From: Isurus oxyrinchus
Taxonomy: Eukaryota
Direction: 5' to 3'
Length of the DNA stretch: 64,000 bases
NCBI GenBank assembly: GCA_026770705.1
Contig: JANJGN010000021.1
Span: 14,942,001 to 15,006,000 of the forward strand
The notes beneath the pieces are model-generated. The model saw nothing but the letters and a program-made list of their open reading frames with translations. It made no database searches and had not been told where the DNA came from. A program made the translations under genes and the position numbers. Below are positions 52,599 through 64,000 of the stretch, piece after piece. Positions within the stretch are counted from its first letter, which is position 1; every line of letters starts with the position of its first letter.

Positions 52599-52715
52599 TT
52601 GACTTCTCTAAAATTCTGAAACATTTAATCTTCAGTTTAATAAGGATTCAAGCCTAACGCACTAGTTTAGATTTCATGCTAAATTAGTTCTTTGAAAAGC
52701 AAAATTAGAATCATA

Positions 52716-53264
52716 GGGCTGAATATTCCCCCCATAGGGGGACTTATGTGGGGGCAGGCAGGAGTGAGCGTGAACCCGATTGGCGCCCCAATTGGGGACG
52801 CGCCGCCATTTTATGTGGGCGGGCCAATTAAGGCCCGCCCAGCATGATGCACACCTCTTGTGCCTCAGGGAGATTAGTTTAAGTCTTGAAAAATGTGATA
52901 AATGTCAAAAAAAATTTTAAGGGCATGTCCGTCCCCTCATGTGACACTGTCATGGGACATGTCCATTAATTTTTTTCAAAAAGTTTTATTTAATTGAAGT
53001 ACCCTTCATGAAACCTCATCCCGCCCGTGGATTGTTCGCCTGCATTCTTAACAGCTTCAATCACTTTGTTAATGGCCTTAGTAGGCCTTTGACAGTTCAG
53101 CGGGCGTGCAGCTGACACTGCTGGGCACACCTGCCAAGCCAACAATCTAAATGACGCGTGGTGACATCAGGACAGCCGGCCGACATTACCACACGTCATT
53201 CTACCCATCAGCGAGCAGGCCCCCCCCCACCCCCCACCGCCTCGCCGACAGGAAAATTCTTCCC
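52716..53264. mobile_element. Harbinger-type MITE, family X
   Basis: TIRs GGGCTGAATATTCC / GGAAAATTCTTCCC; flanks ATA/ATT. Confidence 0.8.
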
Positions 53265-53986
53265 ATTGAATGGATACTGCACAGAGGAAACCATTCAGCC
53301 CATCACATCAGTGCCGGCTCTCTACAAGACCAATTTAGCTGGTCCCTCTCCCCTGCCTTTTCCCCACAGCCCTGCAATTTATTCCCCTTTAGGCACAGGT
53401 CCAATCCACTTTAGAAAGCCACAATTGAACCTGCCTCTGTCCCGCTCCCAGGCAGTGCATTCAGAATGGAACCAGTCACCGTGGGAAAGGTTCTTCCTCA
53501 TGCAGTCTGTTTCCGATGACTGATCACTACAAAACTGCTGTTTAACACTATGGTAAGATTAACATGTTCAAGGGTTTGGGATGGATGTTGTTAAGTCATC
53601 TTTTCAGAAATAGGTGCTGGTGAAGCTAAAGGAAAAACAGTCATTAACTTCCCAACAATGGGGAGGAGAGTTGATGCTGTGTCTGTAAACTTAAAGGACT
53701 TACAGGCTGGTCACCCACAAATCCAACTAAAAGCTAGTGCTATTGGGGACAAATGTTATGCTACATCAGCAGCAATGCAGCCTTATTGAAGTTTGTCTTG
53801 TGGCAGCTGTCATCAGTTTTTGAGATGAGTGGGAAAATGTGATTTACATTCACTGCAGTTTAGCAAGTCTCCTGTGCTTTTATAAGTAATGTCATCCGTT
53901 GATCTGGCTGTTACCAAATCTCATGTACTCACCCATCCAAAGAAAACTAGTACCTGTAGGTCACATTACGTTGTCTTATACATTAT

Positions 53987-54211
53987 GAATCCAAGAAAGA
54001 GTTGAAATATAAGCTGGTTTAAGCTGGTTATATTTCAACCAGCTTATATTTCAACTCTTTCTTGGATTCGAACTCAAGTTCTGTCGAAGGGTCATGAGGA
54101 CTCGAAACGTCAACTCTTTTCTTTTCCGCCGATGCTGCCAGACCTGCTGAGTTTTTCCAGGTAATTCTGTTTTTGTTTTGGATTTCCAGCATCTGCAGTT
54201 TTTTTGTTTTT
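53987..54211 (+). mobile_element. Short Neptune-type PLE insertion with a 5' fold-back hairpin
   Basis: 54037-54211 matches 5052-5229; 53987-54019 is the exact reverse complement of 54037-54069. Confidence 0.9.
54077..54115 (+). ncRNA. Minimal hammerhead ribozyme-like motif (PLE)
   Basis: Same CUGUCGA motif. Confidence 0.7.
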
Positions 54212-54485
54212 AGCTTGAGTGACATGGTTGTTCAAGGCCAAAGGGGGGCCCTGGTTGTTTTACTGGGAAGAAGGTGCAAGATGTTCACACCTATAGACAA
54301 TGGCAAGGCCATAGCCTGGATGACATAGCCTGTTTAGCACACTGGACAAGGATAAACACAGTGAACGTTACACCTTGACTTTTAGCTGTTGACCAGCACA
54401 TAAATATTAAACCAACCGATGATCAAGCAGAAAATGTCTACAGCACCTTGTCAATTAACAGTCTACCTGCAATCATCACAGACGG

Positions 54486-55253
54486 TGTTAGGAATGTCAG
54501 GTTTTATAAATGGTTATACTTTAAACCAGCCATTTAATTTCAAGATAGAATGGAGTTGGGTGTCTAAAGAATAGATAACTTCTACTTGGATACAAGGCCC
54601 ATGTTATTCATGAAGTCACGGAGATGGGCTTTATGAGAGAGTAGTCCATAGGAAACTATTGTAAGATTGGGTTTCAAGTTTTCCTGAGGTATTCCTGAAC
54701 CTCACAAACACAGTCTGTATGCAAGAACCTGAGAGGGAAATAGAGTAGAAAGATAGAGCCAGCCAATCTACATTGTTCTCCATGCAGAATGCTGGTGAAA
54801 TATTGTGCTTGGATTGAATAGACCAAGTTCATGAGGATTTAAATGAGGCTAGAAGATTCGCCTAGCTTTGGCTATTGCAAGGAATCTCAACGGTAACCCT
54901 CATCATGAAAGTCATTATGGGGATTAGAAGTTATCCAGCTGAAAAAGGGAAAAGAGGGCAAGCCAGCTCTCTGAGAGTAGGTTTGAATTCACTCCTGGAG
55001 AATCAAGTGTCCACTTAAGGGACAGGAATAAAGTATAACTGAGGAGAAGGCTTTTTGGTCATTTTAAAAACAAAATGCGGGGTCTTTTCTGTATTTTAGA
55101 GTATAAGTTAAGTGTTTATATACAATTGCATTTGGTTTGTTTATTACAGTAAAAGTCTTAAAACACGAAAATCTTGACATGCGATCCTTCCAGCCAGTCA
55201 CTGGCAATTCAAATATCTTTTTCAAAGTTTTCGGTCTCTTTTGGATCATGACA
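54486..55253 (+). mobile_element. Possible solo LTR
   Basis: TGTTAGGA...TCATGACA imperfect terminal inverted ends and internal AATAAA; no clear TSD. Confidence 0.35.
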
Positions 55254-56884
55254 AGGTTCCTGCTGGGATGTTAAATCTACTCAAATATTAATGTCAACAG
55301 CAAAACCCAAGCTACTATTAGCTATTCTGTAATTATTAGGGCAATATTATTTCTTCATCTACATGTTCACTAACACAGACATATTGTGCACCAACATAAA
55401 GTGACTATAACAAAGCAATAGCTTTACCAAGTAGTATAGCCCAGTGTTTTCCTCAAAGCAGGCTGCTTTGCTGAAATAAAGACTTAATGGGGTAAAATAG
55501 ATTCATCCTGCAGTAAGCCATGCTAAACATCTAATGAAATTCACCTAGTTTGAACAACACATCTTTGTATGACTAATGAATGCTATTTCTGGTTCCAAAG
55601 CACTGCATACTGGAGTATAGTAAGATAAATTGGGGTCAGAGTGCAATAGATATTCTCCTTGGCATGCACTTCTATTATTGTATACAGACATTCTGTCAGA
55701 TTTCCAGGTGCAAAGACAACACAATTATTGCAGTAACATGAAGTGTTGTTACAAATGACATTCAGGGATGTTCCAAAGTGATGTGCCAGCATTTAAAGTA
55801 AACTTTTAGTTCAGCAATATATATATTTGTGTAAAACCATAATCTAACAACATGAAAATAATTATGGCCAGACTGTTACTTTGTTTTTATTCACTATCCA
55901 CCAGTGCAGGACTATCAGTGACACCATTAAAGTCTGTTGTAAAATTGAGGAATAGTGTGAGAGTTTGAACTTGCTGTCAGGGATATTGTGATCCTCAGGG
56001 AACCATATCCCTGGTTTCCCGTTTGGTATAGATTTTCTTATTCCAGTATAATTAGTGACAATTTATCGCATGTAAATGTACAGAATGTGCTATTTTGTTT
56101 CCCATGTGCACAAGGAACATGACTTGGCTTATGCCGGACTTCAGGCATAATCTGAATTGGGAACTGCCGTGCCAAAACTAAGGAGCAAGAGGACCAGACA
56201 AACTTGGTAACTTTGCACGTCCAGCCATCTCTGCTGTGCTGGGGACAGCACAGTTGCGGCCCGTGCACAAACAGTAAAGATTGGCTGGCAGGAACAATGG
56301 CACCAAAGCAAAAATGGGTCCAGTTTTGGTGAAGAAAGGAGGGCAGCCGGGAGGAGGGTGAGTGACAGAAGCTACAGTTTAATATGTGATCAAACGAATC
56401 CCTCCTACTCCTCCTGGCTCCAGTTTCAGGTAAGTTTACTGTTTTGTTGGCAGCACCTGACTGTCCTTTATCGATCGCTGGCTTTGTTTCTCAACACTTG
56501 AGAAAATCAATTTCGGGACAGGGAGTGAAATAGGCATTAGCTCCCCTATTTGCAGACAATGGATCTAAAACCTGTTTTGAAGTGTGGTGCCGGGGAGCCC
56601 TCTGGATGATGACAGGTTTCCCTAACCAATGTGACTCGCAGCACATGCCCAGTAAAGAACGAGCGTATACACACAGCACACCATATTCACCTTTTGGTAC
56701 CCATTTTACTCAAGACTCACAGTTTGGACTAAATTGCAATGACTTGCATGAAGGTGGCACTTCGAATGTAGCCACTTTGAGCGGGAGCTGGGATACTTCT
56801 AATAGTAGATGAGTTGCTGTGCTTGGCTGTACTGAGGCTTACTCACAGCAGACCCTTTTTAATGGCGTTAATGCATAATTGTTT

Positions 56885-57965
56885 TATTTTTAATTAATTC
56901 ATAGGATGTGAACCTCGCTGGCTAGATGAGAATTTATTACCCATCCCTAAATGCCCTTGAGAAAGTGGTGGTGAGCAGCCTTCTCAACCGCTGCAGTCCA
57001 TTTGGTGTAGGTACGCCAACAGCGCTGTTAGGGAGGGAATTCCAAGATTTTGACCCAGCAAAAGTGAAGGAACGGCGATATATTTCCAAGGCAAGATGGT
57101 GTGTGACATGGGAACTTCCAGGTGGTCGTGTTCCCATGCATCTGCTGCCGTTATCCTTCTAGGCGGTAGAGGTCACAGCTTTGGAAGGTGCTGTCGAAGG
57201 AGCCTTAGTGAATTGCTGCAGTGCATCTTGTAGATGGTGCACACTGTTGCCACTGTGCATCGATGGTGAGGAAGTGAATATTTAAGGTGGTGGATGGGGT
57301 GCCAATCAAGTGGGCTGCTTTGTCCTGGATAGTGTTATGTTTCTTAAGTGCTGTTGGAGCTGCACTTATCCAGGCAAGTGGAGAATATTCTATCACAATC
57401 CTGACTTGTGCCTTGTAGAGATGGTCGACAGGCTTTGGGAGTCAGGAGGTGAGTTACGCGCAGTAGAATTCCCAGCCTCTGACCTACTCTTGTAGCCACA
57501 GTATTTATATGGCTAGTCCAGGTCAGTTTCTGGTCAATGGTAACCCCCAGGATGTTGATAGTGGGGGATTCAGTGATGGTAATGCCATTGAATGTCAAGG
57601 GGAGATGGTTGGATTCTCTCTTGTTGGAGATGGTCATTGCCTGGCACTTGTATGGCGTGAATGTTACTTACCACTTGTCAGCCCAAGTCTGGACAATGTC
57701 CAGTTCTTGCTGCATATGGATATAGACCGTTTCAGTATCTGAGGAGTCACAAATGGTGCTGAACATTGTGCAATCATCAGCGAACATCCCCACTTCTGAC
57801 CTTATGAGGGAGGGAAGGTCATTGATGAAGCAGCTGAAGATGGTTGGGCCTAGGACACTACCCTGAAGAACTTGTGCAGCGATATCCTGAGACTGAGATA
57901 TTGACCTCCAACAACCACACCCATCTTCCTTTGTGCTAGGTATGACTCTAACCACTGACTCCAAC
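56885..57965 (-). mobile_element. Family-B LINE 3' fragment
   Basis: QGSVLGPTIFSCFINDL...MFADD (ORF 57668-57964); IEYSPLAW. Confidence 0.9.
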
Positions 57966-59255
57966 CAACATCAAACGTATTATATCAGTAAACATGGTCA
58001 ATATCAATCTATTTAGTTTTATGGAAGAATTCATAATTTAACACTTTAAACCCCAATATCATTTTGATGAATGTGCACTTTGTTCCTTCATAGACTAATA
58101 TAATATTCCTCAGGTGCAGTCCACAAAATGCAATGCAGTGTTCTAACTGCATTCTGATAAAGCCTCTGTGTAATTGAAATACGATATACCAAGACCAAAG
58201 CAACAGCATGTATCTTGCCACCCCAGAGCCAACTTGACTGCTAATCCACAGAGTAAATGTTTTTAAGTATTAAAATGTTTCTACAGCATAAAGGGGGGAG
58301 TCCCTTAACCTAAGTTGCACAAGAAGGGAGAAGCATGGTGTGAGTTGCTCACTTATTACTCAGGCATGTCATAACCGTGATATTGCAGTGCCACCTGTCA
58401 GGTGACCTTTTTTCTGACCTTCGTATTTTTAAAGAAATGCATTATTCATTTCAAAAACATGTGCCTTTTTAATATCTTTGAATGATTTTTAAGACTAAAG
58501 CAGTTACAGACAGTAAGCCTGCAGAGATGGTCAGCAACACACCCCTCTAACTTATCTTTCATAGTTGTGGTTTGTCAGCTATTTGGGAGGTTTCAAAGAA
58601 ATGTACTTTTAGTTACTAAATTAATGATTTCAGTTACCATGAGGAGCGGATGTTCAGGGAAATTCCTAGGGGAAGTCCTGTTTACCATACAATACTTTTA
58701 ATGCTGCACTTTGCATTCTAACATGTAAAACATAATTAAATATATCCATATATATTTAGATCTAAACAGTATTCTGTCACTGTTGATTTCATTGGAAGGA
58801 CAATGTTGAGTCAGCTCAAGTGCTGCAGAAAATTTCTGTTCCACTTCCTCGTGTGTGCAGATGGTATGGATTCGGGTCAATCTAAATTACATTATAAACA
58901 TCACAGCGTTTGTACAGGCACTTCTGTTTCTTGCCACTTCATTTTTATTTCTGCAATAAAGTTGCTCGATAGGTTAGCTTTTTATTTGGTGCAATCTATT
59001 TAGATTTTCAAAAGGCCTGTGATAAAATACCATACAGCGGACTCACAAGTAAGGTCAGAACATGTAAAGTCACAAGACAAGTAGCAGAATGCATAGCAAG
59101 CTGGCCACAAAACAAAATTCAGAGACTGTGGTATTAAAGGTAGTTTCTCAGACTAGCAATAGGTGGTAAATGGTGTTCCACAAGAACCGGTGCAGGGGCC
59201 AATGTTGTTCAATATTTAAACAAATGATTTGGACCAGGGAATTGGAAACGCAACG

Positions 59256-59880
59256 GGGAGGATGTTTCCCACATTGGGTGTGCTTGGCAGGGGGTGGTTT
59301 GGAAGCAAACGCCGCCAGCAATCAGGGCCGCACCGCGATTTCATGCTGATGGGCCAATTAAGGCCCGCCCAGCGTGAGTCGCGAGCGGCAGTGCTCGGCG
59401 CTGCCTGTGTCGGGGGAGGAGGAGGGTGAGCGCGGACTCCACGCGGGTGCACAGGTGTGCGCTGGAAAAGCTCCCTGAGGCACAGCGCTGCCTCAGGTAG
59501 ACGAACAGTTTTGAAAATTAAAAAGAAAGGTTTCTAAAATGTTGTAAAACACATCCCTGCATGTGGCTCTGTCATATGAGCAGGAGCGTGTCATTAATTA
59601 AATTTAAAAATTTTAGTTTTAGTTTTATTTGCTGCTGGAAACCTCATCCCTCACCTGTGGATAAGGTTTCCTAAAAAGTGTAAAGGCCTTTTCACCTGCC
59701 CGCGAAAAATTTCATTCAATTACTCTTTTAATGGGCTTAAGAGGCCTTTTAATTGTCGGCGGGCATGCTGCCAACTCTGGCTTGCACCCCCTGACCGAAA
59801 CATTGCGCAAGCGCGTGAGGATGGTGGGACACTCGCCTGATGTCATCGCGCGTCATTTTACGCTCGGTCAGGTCGGGCAC
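59256..59880. mobile_element. Harbinger-type MITE, family X (right end missing)
   Basis: Shares GGCCAATTAAGGCCCGCCCAGC and GAAACCTCATCCC blocks with the copies at 45623 and 52716. Confidence 0.75.
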
Positions 59881-60452
59881 TTATAATTAAGTGAAGTTCC
59901 CTAGTTTGGTAGAAAGAATAAGGTGAGCACACAGCCATTGGAAAATAGGGGGGGGAGTTTTAACCTGACAAGGTGGGTGGGTTTAAAGCAGACAGCAGGT
60001 TAAGAATGCTGAAATTGCCAGGGGTCAGGTGGCTGCAGGAGTGAGCCGATGTCTGCCTTTGACTTCAGAACAATCCACAGCATCCGGGAAACCCTCTGTG
60101 GAACAGGCAGATCAGCATTTTAAAAATGTTAAGGGCTCTTTATCTGCCTTTGTTAACCCTTAATTCTGACTTTAACTGTGTGTGTACGGGCTTGTCAAGC
60201 TTTCTAAAGCTCATAACAAAAGACAAGGTGAGAGGGCATTGGGTTTTGAGGGGAATGAGCTAGTGACAGCGCTTTAAATACGGAGATCTCACTCCTGCTG
60301 CCTTGCCTAGGTGAAAGGCTTTCACTCACAGGTTCAGAGAGAGTGGACCACTGCTTTGGAGACCATTTCCGATACTTTGGAGATCATTTATACTACTTTG
60401 GAGTTTTTTGCCTGCGTTCTACATTTCACAGCTGTCAACCTTCAGGTTTAGC

Positions 60453-61560
60453 ATGGGAGCCGCTTATGCAGACGAAGAGCATGAAGATCAGCAAGAGCAG
60501 CGGCTGCCTTTTCCTGAACCACCTGATAATCCACAGGAGTGAGGGGCTAAGCATAGACCCCCATTTCGCAGGGAGCAATATCCCCAACGCAGGGTTCATA
60601 GGCATTGGTAAGCTTTCTGAGTATCAGTGTGACAGGAAGCTCAGGCCTTTGGCTCACATTTGCAGTCTCCTGGAAGTCCTCCTGCCAAGTGGACCCAAGT
60701 GGGCACACATTGCCAGCGGCTGTCAAAGTTGGCACAGCCCTTAAGATCTTTGCCTCTGGCTCCTCCCAGGGATCGTCAGGCAATATTTGCAGAATCTCAC
60801 AATCTGTTGCCTACAGTGCATCTCACTGATGACCAATGCCATGTTTGCCATGGTTGGGATTTCCTAACTGATGAGGTCAGTCATAATAAATGGGCACTTA
60901 GCTTTGCCTCTCCGGCTAGATTCCCACAAGTCCAGGGAATTATTGACTGGGCACATCTGGTGCTCTCAGGTTAGCTCAGAGTCTTCACCCACCAAAAGCG
61001 ATTCTTCTCCATCACTGTTCAGCTCATCTGCAACTTCTAAAACCTCACCATGCATGTCTATGCAGGATTGCAAAGGGGCTGTCATAATGTTTTCACCCTG
61101 CGTCAGTCAAGTCTCCCCGAGACTTTTACATCTCAAAGCAGAGTTAGTGAATGGTTCCTTGGATACAAGGGCTTTCCTCTGAAGACGTGGCTGATGTGAG
61201 CTGTGAGAAGCCAGATAATGATGCCCAGTATAACAGAGGCCAGTTGACCACCAGAGCTGTAATAGAGCAGGCTATCAGGATGCTGAAGCTCACTTGGCCT
61301 TCCTATGCTGCAGCCAGGGTATTCAGATTGATAGTTATCTACTGCGCCTTGCACAAAATTGCACAGTAGTGAGGACTGAAGGCCTGGAGGAGGAAGATGC
61401 TGAGTGTCTGCATCTTTGGAAGATGAAGAGGAAAGCCAGGAGGAGGATGAGTGTGATGTGCTGAGGGCAGCATTGCTCATACATTTGAGGGCCCAGGTAG
61501 CTTGGGATGGCCTGATTCAGGCACATTTCACTCCGGCTGAGGCAGCACAGCCACCTGGCA
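60453..61560 (+). pseudogene. Harbinger (DDE_Tnp_4 / HARBI1-like) transposase pseudogene
   Basis: LPAAVKVGTALKIFASGSSQGSSGNICRISQ; FPQVQGIIDWAH; YNRGQLTTRAVIEQAIRMLK; YCALHKIA; multiple frameshifts. Confidence 0.88.
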
Positions 61561-61786
61561 CACAAATCCCGAACCGACTGACCACCAACAGGTGCTAGGA
61601 CAATGCAGTCCCATAATCAACAACCCATCTCTTTCACCCGTTTCTCATCTTTAACTTTCCTCCTATCATTCTTCACCAGACAGGAAGCCATTCGACAGGC
61701 AGCAGACAGCAATGGTGAAGATGGGATGATGGGACAGTGAAATAAACTTTATGGTGCATAAACGTGAAACAAAAATGTAACCTTAT

Positions 61787-61887
61787 GGGCGGAATTTTTT
61801 GGCCCCAAGACAGCGGGGGTGGGGCTGTAAAATGCAACGAGCCACTCAAACCTCCATTGACTTCAGCAGGACTGTAAAACCCGTCCC
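61787..61887. mobile_element. 101-bp Harbinger-type MITE nested in the Harbinger element
   Basis: TIRs GGGCGGAATTTT / AAAACCCGTCCC; TSD TAT/TAT. Confidence 0.8.
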
Positions 61888-62189
61888 TATGTTAAGCACC
61901 CAAGTGAATACATTTGTGCAACTACAATACACCTACATTGTACTACCCCTGTGGCTTCAGCAGAGCTGGAGGCAGGCTGTACAGATCCCTGCTCATAGCA
62001 CATGTCCTCTGAGCTTTGAGCCCAGGTTAGCACTACCCCAAGCATAGCCTACCCCATCTACATCTGTTTACAGGCGGACTTGGTCATCAGACCAGGAGGC
62101 AGCATGTGGGACTCAGACTGAAGGGTGGTGGAGATACAAGGAGTCAGAGGTAGAAGCACTTTGATTGGAGTCTCACTCCCACATTTTAT

Positions 62190-62553
62190 TCTTTTCATGG
62201 GATGTGGGTGTCGCCATCAAGGTCAGGGTTATTCCTAAATTGCCTTTGAACTGAATGGTTTGCTAGGCCATTTCAGTGGGTGGTTAAGAGTCAACCATTG
62301 CACGTAGGCCAGACCAGATAAGGACGGCAGATTTCCTTTCCTAAAGGACATGAATGAACCAGATGGTTTTTCTACAACAATCGATGAGTTTCATGGTCAC
62401 TATTACTGAAACTAGTTTTCAATTCCAGATTTTATTAATTGAATTTAAATTCCACCAGATACCGTGATGGGATTTGAACCCATGTCCCCAGAACATTAAC
62501 CTGGGCCTCTGGATTAGTAGTCCAGTGACATTGACACTATTCTACCATCTCCC
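62190..62553 (-). mobile_element. tRNA-derived SINE (same family as 30630-31015)
   Basis: Reverse complement carries GGTTCAAATCCC B-box and CCCACATCCCATGAAA tail. Confidence 0.82.
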
Positions 62554-62554
62554 C

Positions 62555-64000
62555 CTTTTCCCAACTTCTCTCTCATTGCTGACTGCACCTTCCTACTAGC
62601 CAAGATTTGGAGAGCACTTTGCTGCACTTCACTAGGGTGCTGATTGGCCAAGGTGAGGCTTTCCTCAATTCGGTTTAGGGTGGCTGTCTGAGTCCCCAGG
62701 CCATCGGTAAGGGCCAACATGCACTCGACCAACTGCCGCATCTGATGCCCCATGAAGGTCATAGAATCAATACGTCACAGAAGGAGGCTACTGGGCCCAT
62801 AAAATCCACACTGGCCAATCTTTCCATGAATGTAGACATCAGCACGAAGGGTTGCGATGTCATGGAACATGTGCTAGAGATGGAGTCCTCCAATCTCTCT
62901 GTAATTGTGCACAGCACCTGTGGAAATGCTGATTGAACCTTGCAGATTTTTTGCTCTTGCTGCAGAATTGACCTTTTTACTGATGCCCCCCCCCCAACCC
63001 CCCAGGCTCAACAACTGTGTTTGACTGAGTAGAGCCTAGAGGCTCCTGTGCCCTCCAACGGCATCTCTCCACTGCTGTCACTGTATCCACCATCTGCTCT
63101 TGGACACTTGTGACGAGTGAGACACCAGGTGACAATTCAACTACCTGTCTTCGCAGCCCCTAGGTTTGCATTCCTGAGCTGATGGATGGTGTACATGAGC
63201 CCTGTGACTGTCCATCCTCAGAGTGTGTGACCTCCACTGAAAAAACTGCATTCTCCTCCTGCACTACCTCCTGAAAGATGATTGAAGGGCCTGTGGGAGA
63301 GGAAAGACATGAATTAGAACTGACAAGGTAAGAGGATGCCAAGTCATCATTGTGTACATATTCATTTTTCATTTCCTTCCTGACGTTAAGTCAATATGAG
63401 TGAGTGTTGCAAACCATGTGACTGTGTGATATTTAGTTCTGTCACGAGCAGTTCAGAGACCCCCATCTCTCCTTCATCAATGACCATGCTTGTTGGGACT
63501 TTGCTTATCTCCAGCGCCTCCACCTCTGCAGTAGTCAAAGTGGAGGTGAGTGTTGTTCTGTGCTCTGTTCTCTTGCAGAGAGGGAGAGAGGTCAGCATGC
63601 AAAAAATGACATGTGGTGAGAAGATAGGAGGACAACCTTTGTGAAGGTCACTGTGAGGGATAGGTGCGACATTTCATTAGGATAAACATGAGCATCAATG
63701 GTGGATGGTCGGGTGAGGACGTGTGGAGGTGGCTTGGCAGAGAGGGATGGGTGCATCTGCAAGGAGTGTTGGTTTGAAGATTGGGAAGGAAGAGTGAAGG
63801 GGGTTTGTGAGAAGACACACATAAGGATGTAGTTGAATGTGCCATGCCACCTACCTTTCCAGCCCTGATTAGGTCATTGAAACACTTGCGGCTCCATATC
63901 CAGAATCGTGGCACCCCACTTCTGCTGCTGACCTCCTCAGCCTCATCCACCTGCACCTGTTTATTTTTGGGGAGGCTTCTTCTTCCCATCTACAGGGAAC
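62555..64000 (-). pseudogene. Harbinger Myb/SANT-like DNA-binding protein pseudogene (spliced)
   Basis: EAEEVSSRSGVPRFWIWSRKCFNDLIRAGK followed by donor |GTAGGT (~63855); further exon-like pieces at ~63440-63580 and ~62555-63290. Confidence 0.75.

Larger units (their letters stand above)
59948..64000. mobile_element. Decayed autonomous-type PIF/Harbinger transposon (runs off the window)
   Basis: Left terminus GGGGGGAGTTTTAAC; transposase (+) convergent with a Myb/SANT gene (-). Confidence 0.85.

Noticed and set aside
51951-52619. 222-aa ORF
   Set aside because: Lies almost entirely within a TIR-bounded MITE, has a non-ATG start and no recognisable domain
60453-61560. Domesticated HARBI1 host gene
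   Set aside because: Multiple frameshifts and stops, a TIR-like end and a convergent Myb partner indicate a dead transposon

Overview
Repeat-rich vertebrate genomic DNA, most likely from a cartilaginous fish (inferred from the mix of CR1, L2, Deu-type SINE, Penelope-like and Harbinger elements). No intact host CDS can be confirmed. The left third is the 5' end of a minus-strand host gene: a CpG-island promoter with four NRF1-type motifs at about 21 kb, a non-coding exon 1 (donor at 20943), an intron of about 20 kb, and a >800-nt leader exon (1-802) dense in upstream ORFs; its main CDS must lie left of the window. That intron holds a near-complete Neptune-type Penelope-like element (PLE; RT + GIY-YIG, inverted ~560-bp pseudo-LTRs, 14-bp TSD). 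Its minimal hammerhead ribozyme has a non-canonical core (CUGUCGA) in all four copies in the window. Short PLE insertions of two different families carry 5' fold-back hairpins. The right two thirds contain nested CR1 LINEs, a second LINE family with a partner tRNA-SINE, a Deu-domain SINE, a gag-protease Gypsy remnant, Naiad-type PLE fragments, two decayed PIF/Harbinger elements (transposase + Myb/SANT) with several MITEs, and a cluster of minus-strand exon-like segments at 35.6-41.4 kb (cryptic gene, pseudogene or lncRNA). All calls come from manual reading; boundaries of old repeats are approximate.
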